IMG/VR virus record: IMGVR_UViG_3300021437_000025
Coordinates: 1 to 55,205 of that record
Direction: 5' to 3' (one strand)
From: a virus
Lineage: Duplodnaviria > Caudoviricetes
Length of the DNA stretch: 55,205 nt
Under the pieces are notes generated by a model. The model saw only the letters and a program-made list of their open reading frames with translations. It ran no database searches and was not told the DNA's origin. The stretch's first letter is position 1. The number at the start of each line of letters is the position of its first letter. The translations under genes and the position numbers were made by a program. Below are positions 27,550 to 36,808 of this stretch, in pieces.

Positions 27550-28098
27550 TCAACTGATTAATGACATTGGGCCACCGCTGGCGCCGTAAACCGCCGGGCC
27601 ACAGGTGTCCACGTACACTGCATTGACGCCTGCCGCGTCAAGGGCCGTCGTGCCACCGATGAAATCAGCGGCCGTCGGATTTACGAGGACAAAGCCGATC
27701 ATTACGGTGCCAGCCGCCTGAACGGGGAAGACGACGCCAGCCAAGGTCGCGCCCTGCGTCCCCATCGCGCTGGTTAGATTGCCACTCGCGTCGATGTAGA
27801 AGCAGTAGACATTGAACTTGTTCAGGTTGGTCGTCCCCACGAGTGCCGCCATGTCCGTGGCGGCGGCCTTCGTCACCATGACGCCGTTGACCACCGCATA
27901 GAACGCATTGCCGGCTTTCGCCAGCGTGCTCAATGCGACTTTGATTGCCAGTCCGGCGGTCTTGCCGGTGAACACCTGATTTAAACGCAAGGCGTTCAGA
28001 TCGGAGAGAATGGCAGTCAATATCCGCCGGATAATGGATCCGTCGTTCTCATCCGACAACGACGTGCTATTGCGCTTGATTGAATTGTCATTTGCCAT
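27550..28098 (-). CDS. putative capsid decoration protein
   Basis: Directly after the major capsid gene; FIGGTTALD motif. Confidence 0.55.
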   Translation of the reverse strand: MANDNSIKRNSTSLSDENDGSIIRRILTAILSDLNALRLNQVFTGKTAGLAIKVALSTLAKAGNAFYAVVNGVMVTKAAATDMAALVGTTNLNKFNVYCFYIDASGNLTSAMGTQGATLAGVVFPVQAAGTVMIGFVLVNPTAADFIGGTTALDAAGVNAVYVDTCGPAVYGASGGPMSLIS

Positions 28099-28111
28099 GT
28101 GTCACCCCCGA

Positions 28112-29155
28112 TTAAATGTTGGTGACGCCGGCTTCGACAACCGCCATCCAGCCCTGGTTTTCCAGCAGGCAGGCAAAATAATTCTTCGCGCCTGCGTAAC
28201 CACGCTGGCCACCCGGATCGTTTTTGTCCTTCTGACCCGGAGGCAGCCAGATCATGTCCATGCTTTCCTTGCCGCGGAGCATGACCTGAGACCACGCATC
28301 TTCGGCCACCATGATATACGGGTAGACATCGATGTTGGCTCCGCTGGTCGACACCAAGCCCAGCGCACCGATGGCCGCGCCGGCATCGGCGTAGGACGAC
28401 AGTTCGGGGCTGACGACGAAGCGGAAGCGTTCGCAGCTCCCGACTTCATTCGGGTGCACGACCTTGCGCGAACCGTATTCGCTGACCGGCGTGAATTTCG
28501 GCAGATCGCGAATATCGGACTCGCCGTCCACAGACGTGAACACCAGGAACGCCGCCTCCACTGCATTGGTGGCGAAATTCTGGCTGGGCGCCAGGACTTC
28601 GGTGATCTGCATGGCGTGGTTGGCCAGCAGGTTTTTTGCCACGCGCCGCATCAATGGCAGCGTGATCGTGCCGTTGACGGTGGAGCGTGAAGTGCCGGTG
28701 CCACCATAGAAGACATTGGTGCTGGCCTTGAGGCTGTTGTAACGCACAATCTCGCGCACCAGTCCCAGGCGTTCACCGACTTGCTTCTTCATTTCTGAGG
28801 GTATGTCGTCCTCGTACATATCGAAGGTCTTGTCGGTGAAGGCGTACAGCACCATGTACTGTTGCATAACAACGGTAACGTCCATTGGCGTCAGTGTGTC
28901 GGCTGGCGGTGTCACGCCTTCCTGCGCGAGATGCGCGTTGGCGTCGACCACCCACCGATTGATGGTGTTGTTATTGGTGGTCGTCGCGCCATACGGCAGC
29001 CAGCGCCGGGCGACGTAGGTATCGCTGTTGTTGGGCGGAACTTTCTTCTGCGCCCCGGTAATGCCCAAGACCTCCACCGGGATCGCGTGCTTGATCGTCT
29101 CGGCCTTGAATTTGCCGAGCCGGGCAGGCGTCAGTTGAAGATTTTGCAATGACAT
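28112..29155 (-). CDS. major capsid protein, N4-gp56 family
   Basis: EGVTP, EVGSCERFRF and K.DP.GQRGY.G.K motifs; 347 aa; follows the scaffold gene. Confidence 0.92.
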   Translation of the reverse strand: MSLQNLQLTPARLGKFKAETIKHAIPVEVLGITGAQKKVPPNNSDTYVARRWLPYGATTTNNNTINRWVVDANAHLAQEGVTPPADTLTPMDVTVVMQQYMVLYAFTDKTFDMYEDDIPSEMKKQVGERLGLVREIVRYNSLKASTNVFYGGTGTSRSTVNGTITLPLMRRVAKNLLANHAMQITEVLAPSQNFATNAVEAAFLVFTSVDGESDIRDLPKFTPVSEYGSRKVVHPNEVGSCERFRFVVSPELSSYADAGAAIGALGLVSTSGANIDVYPYIMVAEDAWSQVMLRGKESMDMIWLPPGQKDKNDPGGQRGYAGAKNYFACLLENQGWMAVVEAGVTNI

Positions 29156-29221
29156 AGGGTTTATCTCCTAAAATAAAAAAGGCACCGTGTGGCGCCATTT
29201 TCGGGTGGGTTTGATGATGAC

Positions 29222-30205
29222 TCAGGCCGTGTTGAATGCATCTTCCTCAGTCATCACCTGCTTCTTTGAAGATCCCGGCCCGCCCGCTGGCTGGATGTTG
29301 GATTCCAGTCGGCGACTCTTGGAAGATTCGGCCTGCTTGCGCTGGGCCTCTGCCTCTGCCTTGGACTTCTGCTTTGCCAGATACTCATCGAATTTCTTGA
29401 GTTTCTTGACGAAGGCCCTGGCTGACGAGATGGTCATCACCTCCATCGCCTCATCCTTCGGCAACGTGCCCAGCCATTGGCCGAACTCGTTGCTGTTCAT
29501 TTTTACATCCCAGTCTTCATCGAGCACGGACATCAGTTCCTTCTGCATGGCGTACTGCATTGCATCGTACTGTACTTGTGCTTTTTTGCTGACTTCGCCC
29601 AGGACGCTATCGCTTACCTGGCGTAAAGCGGCGGCCTGTTCTTCCTCGCTCAGCGCACCGGCGCCGGCGAAGACTTCGCCAAGATCTGCGGCCAGGGCTT
29701 CGGCGATTTCATCACCGTAGACCTCGCCAAGTTTCTTGAATGAATCCTTTGTAAACTTCTTTTTGGCGGTGACGAGTTTGCTGTTGACCTCACCCAATTT
29801 GCCGTAGATCTTCTGAAATTCTTGCTTGATGGCGGCCTCGATGCTGCCCAGCCGCTGCGCTTCTTTTAACACCGTTTTGACTTCGTCGTCGCTCATGCCG
29901 GCGACAAGCGCGATGGCAGTGGCCTTGTCTTTATCGTCGACGGTGCTAGTGGCTTTGCCGCCTGCAGTTGTTGCGGCGCCGTCATCAGTGGTGGTGGTGG
30001 CAGCCGTGGCGTCCGTAGACGCGGCGGCATCTGTGGCAGCGGCGGCGGTTACACCGCTGGTTTTGGTATCGGCCCCGGTGTCGCCGGCGTCGAAAGCCTC
30101 GGCTTCCTGGGTATCGGATTTCTGTTGTTCCGCCTTTAACTTCTGGTCTTCGTTGACTACGGCGGTTGACGTATCATTGCTGGCTTGCGGTGCGGCTTCA
30201 GTCAT
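29222..30205 (-). CDS. scaffolding protein
   Basis: Acidic, Ala-rich and helical; lies between portal and capsid; ends TEEDAF. Confidence 0.75.
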   Translation of the reverse strand: MTEAAPQASNDTSTAVVNEDQKLKAEQQKSDTQEAEAFDAGDTGADTKTSGVTAAAATDAAASTDATAATTTTDDGAATTAGGKATSTVDDKDKATAIALVAGMSDDEVKTVLKEAQRLGSIEAAIKQEFQKIYGKLGEVNSKLVTAKKKFTKDSFKKLGEVYGDEIAEALAADLGEVFAGAGALSEEEQAAALRQVSDSVLGEVSKKAQVQYDAMQYAMQKELMSVLDEDWDVKMNSNEFGQWLGTLPKDEAMEVMTISSARAFVKKLKKFDEYLAKQKSKAEAEAQRKQAESSKSRRLESNIQPAGGPGSSKKQVMTEEDAFNTA

Positions 30206-30274
30206 GGTTGATCTCCAAATAAAAATGGCGACAATGGCGCCCTTGGGGTTAGTGCGAAACTGCGGGTTTACGGT

Positions 30275-30472
30275 TTAATCGATCATCTTCGGTTGTTTGG
30301 CGAAGGCGAGAATGTATTTCAGTTCTGAGATCCGGCCGCGGACGATGGCCGTCTGTATCTCATTTTTGTTGAGGTCGTCGTTATCAACGTGGCACTTGGC
30401 GATGCGCTCGCGCAGAATTCCTTCCAGCTTCTTCCACAGCGGCGAGTCGACCTCATGTTTCTCAAGCTGCAT
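30275..30472 (-). CDS. small head-module protein
   Basis: S.LW.KL...ND.......TA..RG.I.ELK motif; follows the portal gene. Confidence 0.65.
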   Translation of the reverse strand: MQLEKHEVDSPLWKKLEGILRERIAKCHVDNDDLNKNEIQTAIVRGRISELKYILAFAKQPKMID

Positions 30473-32921
30473 GGCTTATCCCCTGCGGCACGCCAGCGCG
30501 CTGAGATGCGGCCAGAGAATCCTGCACGGCCTTTCTCAACTTCAACAACTCCACATCCTTGCTGCTCTGGATGTTCATGCCCTCCAACTGCTTGTCCATC
30601 GTCTTCAACAGATATTGAAGCTGGCGGCTTTGGTCGTTCTGGTTGGCTTGGAAGGCCATACGACGTTCTTCCGCATCGGTGCGCAGCTGCTCAATCTGTA
30701 GCCGCGGGTCCTGCTGCGGAGGCCCGTTTTTCGGGTCGTCATTGGCGTCGTATTGAAAACGTTCGGGGTTGTAATGTTTGCTGCGCATGAACTCGGCAGC
30801 CCATTTACGGGGATCGATGCCATAGATCGGATTCTGCGACATCTGGCCGAGTTGCAGCATCTCCTGATTCTGCTGGTCGCGTTCAAACAGCACGCTGGCG
30901 CCCTTGGCGACTATTTGCATGTCGCCCTTTTCGTCGTCATCCTCGCCGTACTGCATAATCCAGTCGTAATAACGTGTTACGTGCGGGATGATGATGCTCT
31001 CGTCGAACTGCATCGCCAGCCGCCGCAGCACGCCGCTGGCGTTGTTCTGCAGCATCGTCATGCCGCCGACGGTATCCGGTGCCATGCCAATCTGGCCCTG
31101 TAGCAACATGGGCAGATTTGTGACCTGCTCGGCCATCTTGAGGGCGAATGTTATGATCACCATCAATTCCTGCACGTGCATTTCTATGTTGTACGTGCGG
31201 AAGGCGTGATCGACTTCCTGAATATCGGCGTCCTCCTTGACAATCCACACCTTGCGCGGCGTCAGCACATGAGAGCCGTTGACGGGTTCTATGCCCTTCT
31301 CCCACACCACCACCTGCGGGCCAGAAGCCATGGCGGCGTTGTCGGCCATGTTGCGGCTGGCGGCCTTGAGCAGACGTTGCGGTGTGTCGATCTGCCTGGC
31401 AATACCTATCCCCCACGGTAGGCCGATCCGCTTCTGCCACACCATTATGTCGTACGGGAATTCGCCGGTGTCCAGCACGTTGATGCTGGCGCGAATAACT
31501 GTATCGTTGACCATCGTCACCATGACATCGAAGGCGTCGCCGTCCTTGCACTCGCAGCCGGCGGCCATCATGTCGTCCTTGCCAGCCTCACCGTAGTAAT
31601 ACCAAATCTCAAAACGCTTGTCAGTAGTGTTGCCGCTATAATATGGCCGGCGCCGGTCGTCCTTGTCGTAATTCGTCGGGATTTTGTGCGTCGGCCCCTC
31701 GGCCAATACTTTGTCGATCTGATCGTCGAGATAACCAGGCAGTCCCTTGAGCGCCTTAAGCTTCTTCCTGGTGACACGGTCACGTTCCCAGGTAAAGGCG
31801 CCATCGTGGATGCACTCGCCGCAGTCTGGATCCGGAAAGAAATCCCAGTAATCAATGCGCCGACTGGCCGGGCAGATCTTGTCCTCGATGACGAGTACGC
31901 CCGTGCCGTTATTGACCGTCCACTTCGCCGCTCGGCGATGCATGGGCACCGGGCCCTTGATGATGCCGTTGCCGACGCGGGCGGCGTCCTCGATGACGGC
32001 GCGGATGTGCTGTCCCCACTTCGTCTCCTTGAACCAGTCATCGATACGCAGTTCAGCCTTCTCCGCCTTCTTGGCGGCGATGTCCAACGCGGCCTTCGCT
32101 GCGATGGCCTTGAGCGTGTCCTGAGTATTGGCGTCCAACAACGACGCCGTGCTCTGACCGCCAGCAGGCGGAACGGCGGCCTGCACGGATGCCGTACCGG
32201 CATCGGTCGCGGGTTCAGAGAGTGGCGCTGGCTCTGGTGACATCATCGGTGGTTCGCCGCCACCGGCTGCCATATCATTTGCCAATGGCGGAGCACCACC
32301 ACTGGGTTGCTCATTACCATCCGGGGCGGCCTCTATGGGTGCAGCCTGCCCGCCTGGCGTTGCTGCTGCGGTAAGAGGTGCGGAGGCGCCAGCATCACCG
32401 CCAATATTCAGCGCGGGGAGTTTCGATGCCATATCCTCCAATTCCGGGATCGGTGTCGGCTCGACGGCAAACGCGCGGTCGCCGGAGATCGGCAGCATCA
32501 TATCGGCGATGCGCGCGGCGGCGGCGTCGCAATATGGCCGCGTGATGTTGAGGAACATCGTGCTTCGCGGATCAACCTGATTTTTCTCCCTCGTCACCGG
32601 CGTCAACGACTTGTTGCGTAGCTGCCAGTCGAGACGATTGGCATCATCGATTCCCTCGATGGCATCCTCATCGTCTAACCAATCATCTTCAACGCCACTC
32701 AAATAACGGCCGTCAATCGCTTCCTGCCGTTTTTTCGAGAGTGATGCGCCGAACGCATTCAACAATTGCTTGGCGGCCTCTTGTTCCTGGTTATTGTCGA
32801 CGCCGTCGGGATTGTCGAACGCCTTTGCCTCGGCGATGGCGGCTGCCGAGATCGTCGTATCATCCAGAGGATTCGGGGGCGATATCGGCGCTGCTGTGCC
32901 GGTGGTAATTGGAGGAGCCAA
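30462..32921 (-). CDS. portal protein
   Basis: NITRP.CDAAAARI.DM, G.G.IKGP, WDFFPDP and T.GGM.ML.NNA motifs; contains a Pro/Ala-rich insertion. Confidence 0.88.
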   Translation of the reverse strand: MAPPITTGTAAPISPPNPLDDTTISAAAIAEAKAFDNPDGVDNNQEQEAAKQLLNAFGASLSKKRQEAIDGRYLSGVEDDWLDDEDAIEGIDDANRLDWQLRNKSLTPVTREKNQVDPRSTMFLNITRPYCDAAAARIADMMLPISGDRAFAVEPTPIPELEDMASKLPALNIGGDAGASAPLTAAATPGGQAAPIEAAPDGNEQPSGGAPPLANDMAAGGGEPPMMSPEPAPLSEPATDAGTASVQAAVPPAGGQSTASLLDANTQDTLKAIAAKAALDIAAKKAEKAELRIDDWFKETKWGQHIRAVIEDAARVGNGIIKGPVPMHRRAAKWTVNNGTGVLVIEDKICPASRRIDYWDFFPDPDCGECIHDGAFTWERDRVTRKKLKALKGLPGYLDDQIDKVLAEGPTHKIPTNYDKDDRRRPYYSGNTTDKRFEIWYYYGEAGKDDMMAAGCECKDGDAFDVMVTMVNDTVIRASINVLDTGEFPYDIMVWQKRIGLPWGIGIARQIDTPQRLLKAASRNMADNAAMASGPQVVVWEKGIEPVNGSHVLTPRKVWIVKEDADIQEVDHAFRTYNIEMHVQELMVIITFALKMAEQVTNLPMLLQGQIGMAPDTVGGMTMLQNNASGVLRRLAMQFDESIIIPHVTRYYDWIMQYGEDDDEKGDMQIVAKGASVLFERDQQNQEMLQLGQMSQNPIYGIDPRKWAAEFMRSKHYNPERFQYDANDDPKNGPPQQDPRLQIEQLRTDAEERRMAFQANQNDQSRQLQYLLKTMDKQLEGMNIQSSKDVELLKLRKAVQDSLAASQRAGVPQGISHAA

Positions 32922-32938
32922 GCTAAAAACTCACGAAT

Positions 32939-33247
32939 TTATTGCGGGTTCTTGCCATCACCGCCAGCATCGCCAGCATCGCCAGCATCGCTGGCATCGC
33001 TGGCATCGCCAGCATCGCCAGCATCGCTGGCATCGCCAGCATCGCCAGCATCGCCAGCATCGCCAGCATCGCTGGCATCGCTGGCATCGCTGGCATCGCT
33101 GGCATCACTCGTAACCCCAGGTTTCCCATCTTCCATCACCAGATCCCACTTATCCGGATCCTCGATCTCCTGAATGAATGTTTTGGCGTTTTCGTCGTAC
33201 TCAAATTCGCAGACCTGCTTGGTTTCTTTGTGGCGATATTTGATCAT
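32939..33247 (-). CDS. small protein with an acidic (DAS/DAG)16 repeat tail
   Basis: GGAG RBS before ATG 33247; the repeat is in frame. Confidence 0.65.
   Translation of the reverse strand: MIKYRHKETKQVCEFEYDENAKTFIQEIEDPDKWDLVMEDGKPGVTSDASDASDASDASDAGDAGDAGDAGDASDAGDAGDASDASDAGDAGDAGGDGKNPQ
32963..33106. repeat. 16 x 9-bp tandem repeat with two unit types (GCCAGCATC / GCTGGCATC)
   Basis: Read directly; order on the plus strand is A3 B2 A2 B A4 B4. Confidence 0.95.
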
Positions 33248-33260
33248 GGGGTTTCTCCGG

Positions 33261-33527
33261 TTAATGAAGTGTGGCAGTCGCGGCTTCGTCTTCATCTTCC
33301 CGGCGGACTGCCAGTTCACACGGGAAGGGAAACTGCTCTAAGGGGGCGTTGTGGCATTTCTGGAAATCGACGAGGAAATACTTGTCACCCGGTTTCCAGT
33401 TCTTCTTGATTCTGTCGTACTTGTTCAGCAGATGGGCGTGATAGGCGTCATTCACGGTCAGCGGTTCAATGCCGTTGTCGAGCAAGTGATCAACTGCGCG
33501 CGCCACCTGTTCCATTGTCATAAACAT
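33261..33527 (-). CDS. hypothetical protein
   Basis: ORF with AGGAG RBS in the packaging operon. Confidence 0.65.
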   Translation of the reverse strand: MFMTMEQVARAVDHLLDNGIEPLTVNDAYHAHLLNKYDRIKKNWKPGDKYFLVDFQKCHNAPLEQFPFPCELAVRREDEDEAATATLH

Positions 33528-33538
33528 GGCGGTGTCTC

Positions 33539-34327
33539 CTAATAATTCATCTCGCGATCCAGGGGTTGAAAATCAATCGTTCTGCTGTGGGTTTTTTTCT
33601 GCGGACTTCGCGGCTTGGCAAACCGCAACATCATCATCATATAACGTGATGCGCAGATCAGGTCGTCTTTGATCTTCACGATTTTGCCGTTATCGTCACG
33701 GTGATACTCGCGGTATTCATCTATGTACATCGTGAATGTCTCGAACACCTTCAGCCGTCCGGTGTCGAACCGCTGCTGCATCTCGAAAATACCGGCCTCG
33801 ACCGATGTACGGCTGCGGGCCCGCTCGGTCTTGTCCTTGGTCTCCGGGAACCGAGCGAATTCTTTTAGCAATTGCAGACCGGCATCGCGGTATTGTTTGG
33901 CGATCTGCTCTGCTGATCCTTTGTCGTGCTGCATGCCATCACTTGGCCACGCCCACTGAATGCCTGGGCACAGTCGTTTGAGTGCGCCGGAATTGGTATC
34001 GGCGTTTTGGCCGCTGCGCTTGTAGCCGCCGATCAAATACAGACAATCGGCGTCGGCATCCAGTGCGCCGACGACGCCGGCGGTGGGATGGCCGGAACCT
34101 CCGAAATCCATTCCGCCGAGGAATTTCCAGAATTCCGGAATTTGGAACGGCTTACAGATGATTTCTTCTTCGGGGCTGAGAAATATCAAACCTACACCCA
34201 TACGAGGAACGCCTTTGCTGCGCGCATCCCGTTGATGGGCCGGGAACGATTTCAACAAATCATTTTTTTCGAGCGCTGATAGATGAGGCACATCATCCCA
34301 TCCGCAGGTGATGACGGCCTTGCTCAC
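33539..34327 (-). CDS. terminase large subunit, C-terminal nuclease half
   Basis: WDDVPHL, GMDFG..HPTA, WAWP.DG and YHRD..GKIVK..DDL..A.RY motifs (P22-like). Confidence 0.88.
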   Translation of the reverse strand: MSKAVITCGWDDVPHLSALEKNDLLKSFPAHQRDARSKGVPRMGVGLIFLSPEEEIICKPFQIPEFWKFLGGMDFGGSGHPTAGVVGALDADADCLYLIGGYKRSGQNADTNSGALKRLCPGIQWAWPSDGMQHDKGSAEQIAKQYRDAGLQLLKEFARFPETKDKTERARSRTSVEAGIFEMQQRFDTGRLKVFETFTMYIDEYREYHRDDNGKIVKIKDDLICASRYMMMMLRFAKPRSPQKKTHSRTIDFQPLDREMNY

Positions 34328-35115
34328 GCAGATTTCTCCGCGTGAACTTCGGAAAGAAAATCCTCAACCACTGCAGTACGACCACGTAACGGCGTGAACG
34401 TCAGCATCAGGAGACCGCCGGCGAACCCGCCTGTGGCCATCGTCCGCGTTACGCATTCAGTCCTTATTGCATCTGGTATTTCCTCGTCGGCCCAAATAAC
34501 GTGGCGTTCAGTGCCCTGAAACGCCTCCACGCCCTGGTCATAGGACTTGAAACCCAGGACGGAATCGCCATCTCGCTGGCCGGAATGATCATAATGTGCG
34601 ATCACGGCCTGCTCACAGGCGTTGGGAATTCCGGGCGCGGATCGCGTATCGACGATATCATCGCCTGGTATCAGTCCGGTGCCGAAGTCATTGAATGGCC
34701 CCATCAATTTGTGCTGTTGAATGTCTCGTACAGTCTGCCGCGTCTCCCCAGCCGCCCACGCCTGGATTGGTGTTGTAAACCTATAACCAGGCCACCACTC
34801 CGGATAGCGACCGGTCAGATGCAACGTAGACTCGTAACCGCCCATTCCCTCCGTTTTGCCGACGCGATTTGCGCATAACGCCAGGCGTTCGCGGTGCGGG
34901 CTGCCATCACAGGACGGCGGGCACATGCCCTGCATGGGCTGATGTTTGCCGCCCAGGGCGAAGAACGCCATGTGCCGAGGGTACAACTCACGGCGCAATT
35001 GGCCCGTGTCGGGGAAATAAGTGAACAATTTTGTCCGCGCCAACCATCGCCGCGCCTCAATGTTTAGGGCAAGCAGTTGTTCGGGTCTGAGCTTCTGTAT
35101 TTTCGTCGAGAGCAT
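34324..35115 (-). CDS. terminase large subunit, N-terminal ATPase half
   Basis: ANRVGKT (Walker A), IWADEE (Walker B) and LTFTPL.G coupling motif. Confidence 0.9.
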   Translation of the reverse strand: MLSTKIQKLRPEQLLALNIEARRWLARTKLFTYFPDTGQLRRELYPRHMAFFALGGKHQPMQGMCPPSCDGSPHRERLALCANRVGKTEGMGGYESTLHLTGRYPEWWPGYRFTTPIQAWAAGETRQTVRDIQQHKLMGPFNDFGTGLIPGDDIVDTRSAPGIPNACEQAVIAHYDHSGQRDGDSVLGFKSYDQGVEAFQGTERHVIWADEEIPDAIRTECVTRTMATGGFAGGLLMLTFTPLRGRTAVVEDFLSEVHAEKSA

Positions 35116-35292
35116 ATTGCACTGTTCTCCAGCAGCCGCTAGATTGCTAGGAGAGGACTCGAAATATAATAGTAACTACTTGATTAAAATACTGTTAGTA
35201 TATGTGACTACTTGCTTATACCCCCAAAGTTACCCCCAAATTATGTGCTCCACCCCTTTTGAATAGCCCGGCCTTCACCTACACTTGACGCT

Positions 35293-35547
35293 ATGAAAAC
35301 AAAGGTTTTAATCGTGCGGGCAACCTGGGACGAGGAAGCCTCCGTTTGGGTAGCCACTAGCGAGGACGTTCCCGGCCTTGTTACCGAGGCGCCTACGGTC
35401 GAAGCATTGACCGAGAAGCTGAAGGTCATGATCCTTGAACTGCTCGACGCCAACGGCATTCAAGGCGGCGATCTAGTGCCGTTTCAACTTTTAAGCGAAC
35501 TCACCGCAATAGCCGGCAGGCGCCGGCGCCTCAGTGTTGAGTTCTAG
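35293..35547 (+). CDS. DUF1902 (HicB-like antitoxin fold) protein
   Basis: VRA.WDEEA.VWVATSEDVPGLVTEA.T.E.L motif; antisense between terS and terL. Confidence 0.85.
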   Translation: MKTKVLIVRATWDEEASVWVATSEDVPGLVTEAPTVEALTEKLKVMILELLDANGIQGGDLVPFQLLSELTAIAGRRRRLSVEF

Positions 35548-35983
35548 AATTTGTTTTGGTTTTAGATTCTGCATTAATGTCGAGAACATTCTGAGTGGCC
35601 TCTACAATCGTTTGCAATTCTGCGCGCGAAAGATGCGAGAGCACGCTCTTTCCAGATTGTTCGTTGTCACGCTCGAACAGGCCCAGATGCCGTCCGAGCT
35701 GTGTCCACGCCGAAACCCGCGCCCCGTGTGATGCGTCATCACCATGATGATTGGCCTCTGCCAACAGACCTGCAATAATCATTTCTTGTGTAACGCCGGT
35801 TTTTTCTGATAACGCAGATTGCCGCGCTGCAATAGATTGCTGAACATTAACTTTCGTTAGCAGGCGCGATGCTTGTTCTTTTGCTGTTTTTTTGCTATAT
35901 CCAGCGCGAATGGCAGCCTGCGCACCATTGCAATCCGTCATATATTCGTCGACGAATCGCTGTTGTTTGATTGAGATTGGCAT
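35531..35983 (-). CDS. terminase small subunit
   Basis: KQQRFVDEY..D.N..QAAIRAGYS.KTA...ASRLL motif. Confidence 0.92.
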   Translation of the reverse strand: MPISIKQQRFVDEYMTDCNGAQAAIRAGYSKKTAKEQASRLLTKVNVQQSIAARQSALSEKTGVTQEMIIAGLLAEANHHGDDASHGARVSAWTQLGRHLGLFERDNEQSGKSVLSHLSRAELQTIVEATQNVLDINAESKTKTNSRTQH

Positions 35984-36005
35984 AGATTTTGAAAATTCTC
36001 AGTTT

Positions 36006-36092
36006 CGGGTTTAATTTTGCCCTATGTGCGAATTTGCGAATTATTGTTCTTGACATTATACGAATTATCGTTCATAATTTCTCCCATGATCA
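36006..36092 (+). promoter_or_regulatory. sigma70 promoter with operators; near-copy of the early promoter at 51716-51794
   Basis: TTGACA (36050-36055), 17-bp spacer, CATAAT (36073-36078); two CGAATTAT(C/T)GTTC boxes; ATG 7 nt after the -10. Confidence 0.85.
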
Positions 36093-36427
36093 GTGTCGGA
36101 CGTGAAAAAATATTTTCCGGAGATTTTCTAATGAGCAATTTCGCCTCCCTGATGCGCCGGGCAGACACGCTGCGGCGGCTGGAACCCGACCACATCCGGG
36201 CGGATTGGTGGGCCGGTTATATGCGTGGCCTGCGCCGTGCCCACCACGGCGAATCGTTCGGCACGGACGCAGAACACCAGATGTGGCTCGCTGCAATAGG
36301 ATCTGACGATGTCAGTCGCGCCGCTCTGGGCGCAGGTTATCGCGCTGGCCTCACATTAGAAATGCGTGAGCCGCCGGGCGGCGATAAAATATTCTCTATG
36401 ATTTCACCATCTAAAATGAAATATTAG
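36086..36427 (+). CDS. hypothetical protein under the duplicated early promoter (alternative RBS-led start at 36131)
   Basis: ORF containing WWAGYMRGLRRAHHG..FGT and GYRAGL; both ATGs are in frame. Confidence 0.7.
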   Translation: MISVGREKIFSGDFLMSNFASLMRRADTLRRLEPDHIRADWWAGYMRGLRRAHHGESFGTDAEHQMWLAAIGSDDVSRAALGAGYRAGLTLEMREPPGGDKIFSMISPSKMKY

Positions 36428-36437
36428 GAGACCTAAA

Positions 36438-36770
36438 ATGAACAGACCGCGTCTTTTGGTTTCATCGCAGTTAGCAAAATTGTTCATTTTCAAAACGCTT
36501 GGCACAGGCCTAGGCTGGCGCAATGGCGGCCAGAAAATGAGCTCACCATTATTCGCAGAAAAACTGTTTAGGGGGCTCCCGAGAGAAAAAGGGATGGTTG
36601 AAATTTCTAAATTCTCATTTTTCCGCCCCCGCAACGGCTGGACAGTGAAATCGCTCAGAAATTTTTCTGAAAACGTAGAACAATCCGGATATTGGATGCA
36701 AGGCAGGCTCGGCCTGCCGTGCGGGGGGATGGTGCTCATCGTCCGCACTCCAAAATTCCAGAATTCATAA
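36438..36770 (+). CDS. hypothetical protein
   Basis: AGGAG RBS immediately after the previous stop; no recognisable motif. Confidence 0.45.
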   Translation: MNRPRLLVSSQLAKLFIFKTLGTGLGWRNGGQKMSSPLFAEKLFRGLPREKGMVEISKFSFFRPRNGWTVKSLRNFSENVEQSGYWMQGRLGLPCGGMVLIVRTPKFQNS

Positions 36771-36808
36771 CACGCGTTTGAAAATTCATAATCAGCTGAG
36801 AAAGAATC

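Noticed and set aside
7670-32621. Numerous plus-strand ORFs of 60-230 aa opposite the structural genes
   Set aside because: They are antisense shadows of GC-rich coding sequence, with no motifs or RBS support.
32766-33409. Alternative-frame ORFs (SPASLA, HRQHRW, MPAMLA, ASIAGI repeats)
   Set aside because: They arise because the 9-bp repeat has no stops. Only the minus-strand DAS/DAG frame has an RBS and fits the operon.
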